DNA of 61,650 nucleotides from Oscillospiraceae bacterium (GTDB taxonomy: Bacteria; Bacillota; Clostridia; Oscillospirales; JAGBHD01): assembly GCA_018110785.1 (NCBI GenBank), contig JAGBHD010000054.1:1-61650 (forward strand). Reading direction: 5' to 3'. The position numbers and the translations under genes are program-made. The notes under the pieces are model-generated. The model searched no databases and had not been told where the DNA came from. It worked only from the letters and a program-made list of their open reading frames with translations. Below, piece by piece: positions 10,290-20,910 of this stretch. The stretch's first letter is position 1; every line of letters begins with the position of its first letter.

Positions 10290-11588
10290 ATGTTTCAGAC
10301 TTTAAGAAATGCTTGGAAAATGGCAGACTTAAGGAAAAAGCTTCTTTACACTCTTCTTATTATCGTTATTTTCAGAATAGGTGCGGCAATCCCGATTCCG
10401 TTCTTAGATCCGTCGGCACTCGCAACTTTATTTAATCAGGGCGAAAATACAATGTTAGGATATCTCGATATCTTAACAGGTGGAGCGCTTGCTAACGGTA
10501 CGCTTTTTGCCCTTTCTATTCAGCCTTATATCAATGCTTCTATTATCATTCAGCTTCTTATGGTAGCAATTCCTCCGTTAGGAAGACTTGCGAAAGAAGG
10601 AGAGGTTGGACAGAAGAAGGTTGGTATGATAACTCGCTGGGTAACATTAGCCTTGGCTTTAGTTCAAGCTATCGGTTACTACTTCATTATGAAGTCATAC
10701 GGCGCAGTTGAATATACAAAAGGCTTTGATGGATGGTATGCCCTCTTCATCATTCTCGCATGCTTTACAGCAGGTTCTTGCCTTATTGTTTGGCTCGGTG
10801 AGAGAATTGATGAAAATGGTATCGGAAACGGTATCTCTATGATACTTTTTGCAGGTATCGTAAGCCGCGGACCGTCAGCCGTAAATACGCTCTTGAAATA
10901 TTGGGAGATGGGAAATCAGGGCTATACACAGTACTATTTCCTTGTTCCGTTGGTAGCAGTTCTTTTCGTAGCAGTAATAGGATTTATCGTATTCTTTACT
11001 AATGCAGAAAGAAAGCTCCCCGTTCAATATGCTAAGCGCGTTGTAGGAAGAAAAATGTATGGCGGACAGTCAAGCTATATTCCGATTAAGGTTAATATGA
11101 GCGGTGTTATGCCGATAATCTTTGCTTCGTCTTTTGTTTCCCTTCCGGCAACAATCAAGACCTTTGCAAACATTTCGGATGATTCTACTTGGGGTAAAAT
11201 CTTAGGATTTTTAAATCCCGATACAATTGCTTATGCAATTATTTATTTTCTGCTTATTATCTTCTTTAATTTCTTTTATGTTCAGATTCAGTACAATCCG
11301 GTTGAGATTGCAAATAACTTACAGAAAAACAACGGAGCAATTCCGGGTATCCGTCCCGGCAAGCCTACCTATGAATTTATTCAGAAGGTTCTCGGCAAAG
11401 TCGTATTCCTCGGTGCGCTTTTCTTAGGTCTTATTGCAACATTGCCTATCTTACTTGGCAAGGTTACCGGAATGGGCATTCAGCTCGGCGGAACAACAGT
11501 TTTAATTTTAGTTGGTGTTGCGCTTGAAACTACCCAGCAGATGGAATCTCAGATGATGATGCGTCATTATAAGGGATTTCTTGAATAA
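10290..11588 (+). CDS. secY: Preprotein translocase subunit SecY
   Basis: Multi-TM protein; PYINASII, GIGNGISM, IPGIRPG motifs. Confidence 0.99.
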   Translation: MFQTLRNAWKMADLRKKLLYTLLIIVIFRIGAAIPIPFLDPSALATLFNQGENTMLGYLDILTGGALANGTLFALSIQPYINASIIIQLLMVAIPPLGRLAKEGEVGQKKVGMITRWVTLALALVQAIGYYFIMKSYGAVEYTKGFDGWYALFIILACFTAGSCLIVWLGERIDENGIGNGISMILFAGIVSRGPSAVNTLLKYWEMGNQGYTQYYFLVPLVAVLFVAVIGFIVFFTNAERKLPVQYAKRVVGRKMYGGQSSYIPIKVNMSGVMPIIFASSFVSLPATIKTFANISDDSTWGKILGFLNPDTIAYAIIYFLLIIFFNFFYVQIQYNPVEIANNLQKNNGAIPGIRPGKPTYEFIQKVLGKVVFLGALFLGLIATLPILLGKVTGMGIQLGGTTVLILVGVALETTQQMESQMMMRHYKGFLE

Positions 11589-11599
11589 GGAGAGTTAGA

Positions 11600-12232
11600 A
11601 TGAATCTTATATTTTTAGGTGCTCCCGGAGCAGGTAAAGGAACCCAAGCAGAAATTGTTTGCGATAAGTTAAATATCCCTACAATTTCTACAGGTAACAT
11701 TATCAGGGAAGCTTTAAAAAACGGTACTGAACTCGGACTTAAAGCAAAATCTTTCATCGAAAGCGGAAAGCTCGTTCCTGATGAAGTTGTTATTGATATC
11801 ATCAAAGAGCGCTTAGCTCAGGACGACTGTAAAGAAGGCTTCATTCTTGATGGATTCCCCAGAACAGTTGTTCAGGCAGAAGCTTTAGATCGTATGGGAA
11901 TAAATATCGATAAGGTTATTGATATTGAAGTTTCCGATGCTGATATCGAAAAACGCTTAACAGGCAGAAGAGTTTGCAGCGTTTGTGGAAGTTCTTATCA
12001 TCTGGAGTATAAAAAACCGGCAGTTGACGGAATTTGCAACAAGTGCGGCGGAGCATTAGTTCAGCGCAAGGATGATGCGCCTGAAACTGTCAGAGAAAGA
12101 CTCGCGATTTATCACGAACAGACCGAGCCTTTGAAGGCTTACTATGAAGAGAAAGGAAAGCTCTTTATAGTTGAGGGACAGGAAGAGGTAGCAGATACCA
12201 CCGCCCTTACCTTCAAAGCGTTGGAGGCATAA
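11600..12232 (+). CDS. adk: Adenylate kinase (Zn-binding LID)
   Basis: GAPGAGKGT, LDGFPRT, CSVC...CNKC. Confidence 0.99.
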   Translation: MNLIFLGAPGAGKGTQAEIVCDKLNIPTISTGNIIREALKNGTELGLKAKSFIESGKLVPDEVVIDIIKERLAQDDCKEGFILDGFPRTVVQAEALDRMGINIDKVIDIEVSDADIEKRLTGRRVCSVCGSSYHLEYKKPAVDGICNKCGGALVQRKDDAPETVRERLAIYHEQTEPLKAYYEEKGKLFIVEGQEEVADTTALTFKALEA

Positions 12233-12235
12233 AAA

Positions 12236-12988
12236 ATGGTAGTGCTGAGAAGTGAATCGGAACTGCGGCTTATGAAAGAAGCAGGAAAGATATCCGGAGA
12301 AGCACTCGCCTTAGCCGGCAGCATGGTTAAACCCGGCGTTTCAACGGGAGAAATTGATGATGCAGTTCGCAAGTTCATCATCTCCCGCGGCGCAAAACCC
12401 AATTTTCTGGGTTACGCGGGTTACCCTGCAAGCTGCTGTATCTCGATAAACAATGAAATTATTCATGGAATTCCTTCCAAGAAAAGAATCATCAAGGAAG
12501 GAGATATCGTTTCGATAGATGTCGGAGCGATAAAAAACGGATACAACGGCGATAACGCGGCAACCTTTCCGGCTGGGAAAATTTCCCCCGAAGCCGAAAA
12601 ACTTCTTTCGGTAACAAAGGAATGCCTTCGCCGCGGAATTGAAGCGGCAAAAAGCGGTAATCGGCTGGGTGATATAGGCTTTGCAGTGCAATCATATGCT
12701 GAAGAAAACGGTTTTTCCGTTGTCAGAAAATATGTGGGGCACGGTATCGGCGAAGATATGCATGAGTCCCCCGATGTTCCGAATTACGGAAAGGCGGGAA
12801 CAGGGCTCAGGCTTATGCCCGGTATGATGATTGCGATCGAACCAATGATTAACGCAGGAAGCTATGAAGTGAACGATAACCATGCAGACGGCTGGTTGGT
12901 TACAACAGCTGACGGAAGTTTATCTGCACATTTCGAACACACAGTAGCGATAACCAAAAGCGGTAATGTTGTTTTAACCCAGATTTGA
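12236..12988 (+). CDS. map: Methionine aminopeptidase type I
   Basis: HGIP, SIDVG, GHGIG..MHE, AIEPM, SAHFEHT motifs. Confidence 0.98.
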   Translation: MVVLRSESELRLMKEAGKISGEALALAGSMVKPGVSTGEIDDAVRKFIISRGAKPNFLGYAGYPASCCISINNEIIHGIPSKKRIIKEGDIVSIDVGAIKNGYNGDNAATFPAGKISPEAEKLLSVTKECLRRGIEAAKSGNRLGDIGFAVQSYAEENGFSVVRKYVGHGIGEDMHESPDVPNYGKAGTGLRLMPGMMIAIEPMINAGSYEVNDNHADGWLVTTADGSLSAHFEHTVAITKSGNVVLTQI

Positions 12989-13026
12989 GGATAAAACTCG
13001 ATTTATTTCCAAAGGAGGAAAACAGG

Positions 13027-13245
13027 GTGTCGAAAGACGATGTAATCGAGATAGAAGGTACAGTTTTGGAGGCGCTGCCTAACGCAATGTTTAAGGTAGA
13101 ACTTCCGAACGGACACAGTATTTTAGCCCACATCAGCGGGAAGCTCAGAATGAACTACATTCGCATTCTTCCCGGAGATAAAGTAACGGTTGAGATGTCG
13201 CCATACGACCTTACAAAGGGCAGAATAACATGGCGATCGAAATAG
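13027..13245 (+). CDS. infA: Translation initiation factor IF-1
   Basis: [10 protein letters not shown]...[18 protein letters not shown]; GTG start at 13027 after AGGAGG. Confidence 0.98.
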   Translation: MSKDDVIEIEGTVLEALPNAMFKVELPNGHSILAHISGKLRMNYIRILPGDKVTVEMSPYDLTKGRITWRSK

Positions 13246-13269
13246 CCAAAAGGCAGGAGGTTATTATTT

Positions 13270-13383
13270 ATGAAAGTCAGACCTTCCGTTAAGCCCATTT
13301 GCGAAAAATGCAGAGTTATCAAGCGCAAAGGTCGCGTTATGGTAATTTGTTCCAATCCGAAGCATAAACAGCGTCAGGGCTAA
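13270..13383 (+). CDS. rpmJ: 50S ribosomal protein L36 (absent from the ORF track)
   Basis: Manual translation: [37 protein letters not shown], 37 aa; RBS AGGAGG. Confidence 0.99.
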   Translation: MKVRPSVKPICEKCRVIKRKGRVMVICSNPKHKQRQG

Positions 13384-13407
13384 ACTATTTAATGGAGGTG
13401 CAAATTA

Positions 13408-13776
13408 ATGGCACGTATTGCAGGAGTAGATTTGCCTAAAGATAAGCGAATCGAAGTTGGTATTACCTATGTTTATGGCATAGGCGCCAGCAAAGCTAAA
13501 GAGATATTGGCTGCAACAGGAATCAATCCTGATACAAGAGTAAGAGATCTTACCGAAGAGGAAGCAAACAAGCTTCGTGAGTATATTGCAGCAAATTTAA
13601 CAGTTGAAGGCGATCTCAGAAGAGATACAGCTCTCAACATTAAGCGTCTTGTTGAAATCGGTTGTTACAGAGGCGTTCGTCATAGAAAGGGTCTCCCCGT
13701 TCGCGGACAGAGAACCAAGACTAACGCAAGAACTCGCAAAGGACCGAAGAAGACAATCGCTAACAAGAAGAAGTAA
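13408..13776 (+). CDS. rpsM: 30S ribosomal protein S13
   Basis: [28 protein letters not shown]. Confidence 0.99.
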   Translation: MARIAGVDLPKDKRIEVGITYVYGIGASKAKEILAATGINPDTRVRDLTEEEANKLREYIAANLTVEGDLRRDTALNIKRLVEIGCYRGVRHRKGLPVRGQRTKTNARTRKGPKKTIANKKK

Positions 13777-13792
13777 GAGGAGGTAACTGAAA

Positions 13793-14188
13793 ATGGCAAC
13801 AGCTAAAAAAGTAGCTACAAGAAAGCGCCGCGAGCGTAAAAACATTGACCGCGGACAGGTTCACATTCAGTCCACCTTTAACAACACAATGGTAACAGTA
13901 ACAGATAGTCAGGGAAATGCAATTTCTTGGGCATCTGCGGGCGGACTCGGATTCAGAGGCTCCCGTAAGTCAACTCCTTTCGCAGCTCAGTCTGCAGCAG
14001 AAACTGCAGCTAAAGCAGCTATGGAGCATGGACTTAAAACCGTTGAAGTTTTTGTTAAGGGACCGGGTTCAGGAAGAGAAGCAGCCATTCGTGCACTTCA
14101 GACAGTAGGTCTTGAAGTTACGATGATTAAAGACGTTACTCCTATTCCTCACAACGGATGTCGGCCGCCTAAGCGCCGTCGCGTTTAA
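13793..14188 (+). CDS. rpsK: 30S ribosomal protein S11
   Basis: [24 protein letters not shown]. Confidence 0.99.
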   Translation: MATAKKVATRKRRERKNIDRGQVHIQSTFNNTMVTVTDSQGNAISWASAGGLGFRGSRKSTPFAAQSAAETAAKAAMEHGLKTVEVFVKGPGSGREAAIRALQTVGLEVTMIKDVTPIPHNGCRPPKRRRV

Positions 14189-14211
14189 TTTCAGAGAGAG
14201 GTGGAACCATT

Positions 14212-14838
14212 ATGGCAAGATATACCGCAGCGGTATGCAAACAGTGCCGCAGAGAAGGCCAGAAGCTTTTCTTAAAGGGCGAAAAATGCTATTCTGCAAA
14301 ATGCCCCTATACTCATAGAGAATATGCTCCCGGTCAGCACGGACAGGGCCGTAAAAAGAGCAGTGAATACGGTATTCAGCTTCGTGCAAAACAGAAAACC
14401 CGCCGTTATTACGGAGTTCTCGAAAGCCAGTTCAGAAAGTATTTCGAGATGGCTGCAAGACAGCAGGGTATGACAGGTGAAAACCTTTTGAAAATTCTTG
14501 AAAGCCGTCTTGATAACGTAGTTTACAGACTCGGTCTTGCTCATTCCAGAGCTATGGCTCGTCAGCTCGTTCGTCACGGTCATTTCACAGTAAACGGAAT
14601 AAAAACAGATATTCCTTCTTTCCTTGTTAAAGAGGGTGATGTTGTTGCAGTAACTGAGAACACATCTAAAAACGATAACCTTAAGGCTGTATTTGAAGCA
14701 AATTCGGCTCGTCCCGTTCCTATGTGGCTTGATGCTGATAAAACCAATATGACAGCAAAAGTAATTCGTATGCCCGAAAGAGACGAAATTGACCTTGATG
14801 TTGCAGTTAACCTCATCGTCGAGCTATACTCTAAATAA
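14212..14838 (+). CDS. rpsD: 30S ribosomal protein S4 (Zn-ribbon type)
   Basis: [31 protein letters not shown]. Confidence 0.99.
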   Translation: MARYTAAVCKQCRREGQKLFLKGEKCYSAKCPYTHREYAPGQHGQGRKKSSEYGIQLRAKQKTRRYYGVLESQFRKYFEMAARQQGMTGENLLKILESRLDNVVYRLGLAHSRAMARQLVRHGHFTVNGIKTDIPSFLVKEGDVVAVTENTSKNDNLKAVFEANSARPVPMWLDADKTNMTAKVIRMPERDEIDLDVAVNLIVELYSK

Positions 14839-14900
14839 GACAGGATAGAATAACTTAATTTGAGCGGGGTTATCCCCGCGAAAGAAACGGAGGGTTTTTA

Positions 14901-15851
14901 ATGATTGAAATAGAGAGACCTAAAATTGAAGTCGTTGACTTAAAGCCCGATGGCTCCTATGGAAAATTCGTAGTAGAGCCTCTTGAGCGCGGTTATGGTA
15001 TTACCCTCGGAAACAGCTTAAGAAGAGTTTTGCTTTCTTCTTTGCCCGGTGTTGCTGTTACAGCAATTAAAATCGACGGAATTCAGCACGAGTTCAGCAC
15101 GATCCCCGGTGTTAAAGAAGATGTAACAGAAATTGTTCTTAATATGAAGGGTCTTACCGCAAAGTTGTACGGCGAAGCTCCGAAAACGCTTTACATTGAT
15201 GCAAAAGGCGAAAAAGAAATTACTGCTGCAGATATTCAGGCAGATTCGGAGGTTGAAATACTCAACCCTTCCATGCATATAGCAACCCTCGGAGAGGGAG
15301 CAAGCCTTTATATGGAAATTGTTATCGATAAAGGCAGAGGCTATGTGCCGATCGAGCGCAATAAACAGCTTTTGCAGCCGGAAATCGGTATGATCCCGAT
15401 TGATAGTATCTATACTCCGGTTTCGAAGGTTAACTACACGGTAGAAAACACTCGAGTTGGTCAGATAACCGACTTTGACAAACTCACATTAGAAGTGTGG
15501 ACAGACGGAACAATTTCCGCAAAAGAATCTGTTTCGCTGGCTGCCAAGGTGCTTAATGAACATCTCAACTTGTTTGCCGATCTCTCTGCTGAAGCATTCA
15601 GCACAGCGATTATGGTAGAGAAGAATGAAAAAGATAAAGAAAAAGTTCTTGAGATGACCATTGAGGAGCTTGACTTGTCCGTGCGTTCGTTCAACTGTTT
15701 GAAGAGAGCAGGAATCAATACCGTTGAGGATTTAACAACCAAAACGGAAGAAGAAATGATGAAGGTAAGAAATCTCGGAAGAAAATCCTTAGAGGAAGTT
15801 ATCAATAAACTTGAAAACCTCGGACTTTCCTTCAGCAACGAAGAAGAATAA
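14901..15851 (+). CDS. rpoA: RNA polymerase alpha subunit
   Basis: [22 protein letters not shown]; [17 protein letters not shown]. Confidence 0.99.
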   Translation: MIEIERPKIEVVDLKPDGSYGKFVVEPLERGYGITLGNSLRRVLLSSLPGVAVTAIKIDGIQHEFSTIPGVKEDVTEIVLNMKGLTAKLYGEAPKTLYIDAKGEKEITAADIQADSEVEILNPSMHIATLGEGASLYMEIVIDKGRGYVPIERNKQLLQPEIGMIPIDSIYTPVSKVNYTVENTRVGQITDFDKLTLEVWTDGTISAKESVSLAAKVLNEHLNLFADLSAEAFSTAIMVEKNEKDKEKVLEMTIEELDLSVRSFNCLKRAGINTVEDLTTKTEEEMMKVRNLGRKSLEEVINKLENLGLSFSNEEE

Positions 15852-15884
15852 TAATCTTATCTTTCAGAAAAGGAGTGAATCTAA

Positions 15885-16226
15885 ATGCCCGGAACAAGAA
15901 AACTCGGTAGAGCTACCGACCACCGTAAGGCAATGCTCAGGGGCATGACAACTTATCTTCTGGAAAACGGCAAGATCGAAACAACCGTAACCAGAGCTAA
16001 AGAAGTTCGTGCTACAACTGAGAAAATGATTACATTAGCTAAAGATCCGTCGCTCCATGCAAAACGTCAGGCGATGGCTTATATTACCAAAGAAGCTGTT
16101 GTTAAAAAACTTTTCGATGAGATTGCACCGAAATATACAGAAAGAAACGGCGGATATACCCGTATTATCAAAATCGGACCCCGTCGTGGCGACGCAGCTG
16201 AAATGGCTATAATCGAGCTTATATAA
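15885..16226 (+). CDS. rplQ: 50S ribosomal protein L17
   Basis: [26 protein letters not shown]. Confidence 0.99.
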   Translation: MPGTRKLGRATDHRKAMLRGMTTYLLENGKIETTVTRAKEVRATTEKMITLAKDPSLHAKRQAMAYITKEAVVKKLFDEIAPKYTERNGGYTRIIKIGPRRGDAAEMAIIELI

Positions 16227-16234
16227 TCGAATAA

Positions 16235-16270
16235 AAATAAAAAGCGGGCATAAGCCCGCTTTTTTTATTT
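16235..16270 (+). terminator. Intrinsic terminator ending the ribosomal cluster
   Basis: AAAAAGCGGGC-ATAA-GCCCGCTTTTTTT. Confidence 0.9.
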
Positions 16271-16297
16271 ATTGTTATTAAGATTTTATTAAAAATA

Positions 16298-16326
16298 TTG
16301 CAATATAAGCAATATCGTGATAAAAT
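16298..16326 (+). promoter_or_regulatory. SigA promoter for metY-metA
   Basis: TTGCAA-17 bp-TAAAAT with extended TG. Confidence 0.55.
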
Positions 16327-16361
16327 AATAAAATACGATGGAAAAATAGGAGGAAGCACTA

Positions 16362-17645
16362 ATGAAAAATTTGAGCTTAGAAACAAAATGTATTCAGGGC
16401 GGATATGTTCCCGGTAACGGTGAACCCCGACAGATTCCGATAATCCAGAGTACAACCTTTAAATATGATACAAGCGAGGATATGGGCAAATTATTCGACC
16501 TTGAGGCAAGCGGATATTTCTATACAAGACTGCAAAATCCTACAAGCGATTATGTTGCCGCTAAAATATGTGAGCTTGAGGGCGGAACAGCCGCAATGCT
16601 TACCTCTTCAGGTCAGGCTGCAAGTTTTTACAGTATCTTTAATATTGCATCTTGCGGCGACCATATAGTATCCTTATCAACAATTTATGGCGGAACCTAT
16701 AATCTCTTCGCCGTCACAATGAAGAGAATGGGAATAGAATTTACATTTGTTTCCCCTTATGCTACCGATGAAGAATTAGAAGCCGCATTCAAACCCAATA
16801 CAAAGGCAGTATTTGGTGAAACCATAGCGAACCCAGCGCTGGCAGTTTTAGATATCGAGCGCTTTGCTAATGCTGCCCACGCCCACGGTGTTCCCCTTAT
16901 AGTTGATAATACCTTTGCAACCCCCTATCTCTGCCGTCCTTTTGAATTCGGCGCAGATATTGTTATTCATTCAACAACCAAGTATTTAGATGGCCATGGC
17001 GCAACAACAGGCGGTTGTATTGTTGACAGCGGTAAATTCGATTGGACCCGCTATCCCGATAAGTTCGCAGGGCTTTGTACCCCCGATGATAGCTATCATG
17101 GTGTTACCTACACCGAAAGATTTGGGCTCGAGGGCGCATTTATAACAAAAGCAACTGCTCAGCTCATGCGCGATTTCGGCTCAACTCAGTCGCCGCAGAA
17201 TGCATATATACTTAATTTGGGTATAGAAACATTGCATGTTCGTATGCCGCGCCATTGTGAAAATGCTTTAAAGGTAGCAAAATTCTTATCGGAAAACGAA
17301 AAAATTGCTTGGGTAAAATATAGCGGACTTGAAAGCGATAAGGATTATGCCCTTGCTCAGAAATATCTTCCCAAAGGCTCATGCGGCGTTGTAAGCTTCG
17401 GCGTAAAAGGCGGAAGAAAAGCTGCAGAAGCATTTATGAAAAAATTAAAAATAGCAGCTATAGCTACCCATGTTGCAGATGCTCATACCTGCTGTTTGCA
17501 TCCTGCAAGCGCAACTCATCGCCAAATGAATGATGAAGAGCTTATCGCGGCAGGTGTATCGCCCGACCTTATCAGACTTTCTGTCGGTATTGAAAATGCC
17601 GATGATATAATCAATGATATAAAAGAGGCATTAGAAAACATTTAA
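16362..17645 (+). CDS. metY: O-acetylhomoserine sulfhydrylase (aminocarboxypropyltransferase)
   Basis: Cys/Met PLP family: [39 protein letters not shown]. Confidence 0.92.
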   Translation: MKNLSLETKCIQGGYVPGNGEPRQIPIIQSTTFKYDTSEDMGKLFDLEASGYFYTRLQNPTSDYVAAKICELEGGTAAMLTSSGQAASFYSIFNIASCGDHIVSLSTIYGGTYNLFAVTMKRMGIEFTFVSPYATDEELEAAFKPNTKAVFGETIANPALAVLDIERFANAAHAHGVPLIVDNTFATPYLCRPFEFGADIVIHSTTKYLDGHGATTGGCIVDSGKFDWTRYPDKFAGLCTPDDSYHGVTYTERFGLEGAFITKATAQLMRDFGSTQSPQNAYILNLGIETLHVRMPRHCENALKVAKFLSENEKIAWVKYSGLESDKDYALAQKYLPKGSCGVVSFGVKGGRKAAEAFMKKLKIAAIATHVADAHTCCLHPASATHRQMNDEELIAAGVSPDLIRLSVGIENADDIINDIKEALENI

Positions 17646-17661
17646 GAATTGGAGAATTTAT

Positions 17662-18581
17662 ATGCCGATAAAAATTCCAAACGGTCTTCCGGCAACCGAA
17701 ACCTTAAAAAGTGAAAATATATTCGTTATGAATGAGCTGAGAGCAGATACTCAGGATATCCGCCCTCTTAAAATTCTTGTGCTCAATTTAATGCCAACAA
17801 AAATTGAAACCGAAACCCAGTTAGCCCGTCTTTTGGGAAATACCCCCTTGCAGGTTGAGCTTGAGCTTATTCATACAACCTCTCATAAGGCAAAGAATGT
17901 ATCGGAAGAGCATCTTCTTTCTTTCTATAAAACTTTTGAGGATGTTAAAAACGAAAAGTTCGACGGTATGGTTATAACAGGTGCGCCCGTAGAAAAAATG
18001 GAATTTGAAGAGGTTGCCTATTGGGAAGAGCTTACAGAAATTATGGAATGGACCAAAACTAATGTTACAAGTACCTTTCATATTTGTTGGGGCGCTCAAG
18101 CAGGTCTTTATTATCATTTCGGTATAAAGAAATACCCCTTGGAAAAAAAGCTTTTCGGCATATTCCATCATAAGGTAGAGCGCCGCTCATCAATGCTTTT
18201 CAGAGGTGCTGATGATATCTTTATGGTGCCACATTCCAGACATACTACTATAAGGCGCGAGGATATAGAAAAGGTGCCCGAGCTTCGCATATTGGCTTCT
18301 TCTCCCGAAGCAGGAATATATGCCCTCTCAACCGATAACGGTAAGCAGATTTTTATAACGGGCATTCGGAATATGATGCCGATACCTTGAAAAAAGAATA
18401 TCTTCGCGATAAAAATTTAGGGCTTCCGATAAATGTTCCCGAAAATTATTTTCCCAACGATGATGATACAAAAGATCCCCTTGTAACCTGGAGGGGACAC
18501 GCAAATTTAATATACTCAAACTGGCTCAATTATTATGTTTATCAGGTTACGCCCTATGATATCAAATCAAAAAACAAATAA
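17662..18581 (+). CDS. metA: Homoserine O-acyltransferase MetA, probably acetyl-specific; split by an apparent 1-bp deletion at ~18361
   Basis: MPIKIP, LNLMPTK, TGAPVE, ICWGAQA. Adding one G to GGG at 18360-18362 gives [12 protein letters not shown] and joins the 18387..18581 frame ending [12 protein letters not shown]. Confidence 0.93.
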
Positions 18582-18588
18582 TTCTGTT

Positions 18589-18628
18589 GCAGCGAGCAGA
18601 GGGGAATATCCCCTTGTTCGCTGTTTTT
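18589..18628 (+). terminator. Intrinsic terminator after metA
   Basis: GCAGCGAGCAGAGGGGA-ATA-TCCCCTTGTTCGCTGT-TTTT. Confidence 0.8.
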
Positions 18629-18648
18629 ATTGAGTAGATGCAAATATC

Positions 18649-18792
18649 CCGCATTTACAGATTTAATAGAGAGGGCTATCGTACTTGCGGATTTAATAAA
18701 TTGAAACCCTCGCATTTGCAGATTTAATAGAAAAGACTATCGCATTTGAGAATTTAATTAATAAAAAAACTCGCATTTGCGGATTTAGTGAA
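18649..18792. repeat. Five-copy direct repeat, core ~TCGCATTTGCRGATTTAAT, period alternating 30/31 bp
   Basis: The G of the core GCATTT (GTACTT in copy 2) falls at 18651, 18681, 18712, 18742 and 18773. Confidence 0.85.
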
Positions 18793-18826
18793 ATCCCCCG
18801 TGTTTACCATTTTATTGAATTGGCTA

Positions 18827-18870
18827 TTGACTTTGGCGCTTTAGTGTGCTACAATGCTAAAGAGCTAAAA
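18827..18870 (+). promoter_or_regulatory. his operon promoter overlapped by a putative YerC/HisR operator array
   Basis: TTGACT-17 bp-TACAAT with extended TG. Overlapping 8-bp units CTTTGGCG CTTTAGTG TGCTACAA TGCTAAAG AGCTAAAA. Confidence 0.7.
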
Positions 18871-18891
18871 CGAACAGAACGGAGAATAACT

Positions 18892-19188
18892 ATGGCTAAA
18901 ACAGATAAGAATGCTATAAATCGTTTATATAAAGCAGTTTTAAAGCTTCAAACAGAAAAGGAATGCGAAAACTTTTTTAATGATATTTGTACAATGCAGG
19001 AAATAGAAGCTATCGCTCAGCGTCTTGATGTTGCCTGTAAGCTTTTGAAAGGCAAGGTATATACCGAAATCAGCGCAGATACAGGAGCTTCCACCGCTAC
19101 TGTTTGTAGGGTAAACCGCTGTATAAAATACGGCGGCGGCGGATATAAAACCGTTGTTGAAAGATTAGATGAAGAGGAGCAGAAATAA
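18892..19188 (+). CDS. YerC/YecD TrpR-family regulator (likely HisR)
   Basis: FFNDICT..EI..AQRL, TGASTATVCRVNRC motifs. Start at ATG 18892 after GGAG. First gene of the his operon. Confidence 0.88.
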   Translation: MAKTDKNAINRLYKAVLKLQTEKECENFFNDICTMQEIEAIAQRLDVACKLLKGKVYTEISADTGASTATVCRVNRCIKYGGGGYKTVVERLDEEEQK

Positions 19189-20291
19189 TGATAGATGAGA
19201 AGCTTTTAAAAAAAGAGGAGCTCGTTGTTTATATGTTGCGCTCTCTTTACAGACGATATGGATATGCGCAGTATAAAATGAGCAAATTCGAAGAATACGA
19301 TTTATATGTTAAAAATAAGGACTTCTTAGTTTCCGATAGGATAATAACCTTTAACGATACAAACGGAAAGCTTTTAGCCTTAAAGCCCGATGTTACCCTT
19401 TCTATAATAAATCATATTTCCGAAGAGCCCGAGGGCGTTCAGAAAATGTATTATAATGAAAATGTTTATAGGGTTTCGGGAGAGTCGCATAGCTTTAAGG
19501 AGATCGTTCAGACAGGTCTTGAATGCGTCGGAAACATCGCTCTTTATGAAATATGCGAGGTTGTGTCTTTGGCTGTTAAAAGCCTTGAAGCAATAGGCGA
19601 AAATTTCAAGCTCGATATTTCCCATGCAGGTCTTTTGTCTTCGCTTTTATCCTCTGTAGGGTTAGAGGGCGAAACCGAAAAAAAAGTAAGAGAATGTATC
19701 TACCGTAAAAACTCAGGCGAGGTTTCTTCTATGATGGAAGAGGGCAAAATTTCTGCCTCTCAGACAGCCCTTGTAAATGCTCTTATGCGAAATTATAAAA
19801 ATCCCGAAGAGCTGTTCGATATTTTAGAAAGCTTATGCGGAGATAGCGAAGAAATGAGAGAGTTTAAAGCTGTCTGCTCTGCCTTAAGCTCACTCGGCTT
19901 ATTTAAAAATGTTAATATTAACTTCTCCTTGATAAATGATATGAGCTATTACAGCGGAGTTGTTTTCAAAGGCTACATAGAGGGAGCTCCTTCAAGCGTT
20001 CTTTCGGGCGGTCAGTATGATAAGCTTATGAAAAAGTTTAAAAAGAAAGCGGGAGCTATAGGCTTTGCCGTTTATCTCGATAGCTTTGAGAGATTAAATT
20101 TTGAAGCTCCCGAATATGATGCTGATATCGTTTTAATAGCGAACGGGGAGAAAACTGAAGAGATTATAAAAAGGGCGGAAGAGCTTTCAATGGACGGAAG
20201 CAGGGTGTTAGTTCAGAAAAAACTTCCCTCAGATATCCGCTATAGAAAAGCCTTAGATATGAACGGAAAGGAGCTTTCTGAAAATGCTTAA
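19188..20291 (+). CDS. hisZ: ATP phosphoribosyltransferase regulatory subunit
   Basis: HisRS-like LALKPDVTLSI, YYSGVVF, SGGQYDKL, AIGFA; precedes short-form hisG. Confidence 0.92.
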   Translation: MIDEKLLKKEELVVYMLRSLYRRYGYAQYKMSKFEEYDLYVKNKDFLVSDRIITFNDTNGKLLALKPDVTLSIINHISEEPEGVQKMYYNENVYRVSGESHSFKEIVQTGLECVGNIALYEICEVVSLAVKSLEAIGENFKLDISHAGLLSSLLSSVGLEGETEKKVRECIYRKNSGEVSSMMEEGKISASQTALVNALMRNYKNPEELFDILESLCGDSEEMREFKAVCSALSSLGLFKNVNINFSLINDMSYYSGVVFKGYIEGAPSSVLSGGQYDKLMKKFKKKAGAIGFAVYLDSFERLNFEAPEYDADIVLIANGEKTEEIIKRAEELSMDGSRVLVQKKLPSDIRYRKALDMNGKELSENA

Positions 20292-20910
20292 TATTGCTTT
20301 GCCGAAAGGAAGGCTCGGAGAAAAGGTCTATGAGCTTTTCGAAAAGGCAGGTTATGAATGCGAGTCTATCCGCGAAAACAATCGCAGATTAACCTTTGAA
20401 AACCCCGAAAAAGGAATTCGCTATTTCTGGGTAAAGCCCTCAGATGTTTCTATCTATGTTGAAAGAGGCGCCGCAGATATAGGTGTTTGCGGCAAAGATA
20501 TCCTTTTAGAATATGAGCCTGATGTTTATGAGCTTTTAGACCTTAAAATGGGCAAATGCCGAATGGCAGTAGCGGCTCCTAAGGGCTTTCGCGATAATAC
20601 CGCGGCAACCTTAAAGGTTGCAACTAAATTTTCTAATATCGCCGCAAAGCATTATGCTAAAAAAAGCCGCGATATAGATATAATCCATTTAAACGGCTCT
20701 ATTGAGTTAGCCCCTATATTAGGCTTATCCGATGTTATCGTTGATATAGTTGAAACGGGGAAGACCTTAATTGAAAACGGGCTTGAGCCTATAGAGGATA
20801 TCGTTCCCATAAGCGCAAGACTTATCGCAAATAAAGCCCATTACGGCTTTAAAACCGATAAAATAAACGAGATAAAAAACAGCTTAGAAAAAATTTTGGA
20901 GAATAAATAA
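20284..20910 (+). CDS. hisG: ATP phosphoribosyltransferase (short form)
   Basis: IALPKGRL, GSIELAP, IVDIVETGKTL. Confidence 0.97.
   Translation: MLNIALPKGRLGEKVYELFEKAGYECESIRENNRRLTFENPEKGIRYFWVKPSDVSIYVERGAADIGVCGKDILLEYEPDVYELLDLKMGKCRMAVAAPKGFRDNTAATLKVATKFSNIAAKHYAKKSRDIDIIHLNGSIELAPILGLSDVIVDIVETGKTLIENGLEPIEDIVPISARLIANKAHYGFKTDKINEIKNSLEKILENK

Noticed and set aside
12989-13026. Absence of the KOW/L14e-like gene often found between map and infA in Clostridia
   Set aside because: The gene is variably present, so its absence is not informative.
18355-18390. Programmed frameshifting in metA (also considered for rplB and vorB)
   Set aside because: No slippery heptamer at the break points, and all three are simple 1-base losses typical of consensus error.
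18649-18792. Repeat array as a CRISPR
   Set aside because: Linkers are only 10-11 bp and alternate between two related types, the repeats are degenerate, and no cas genes lie in the window.
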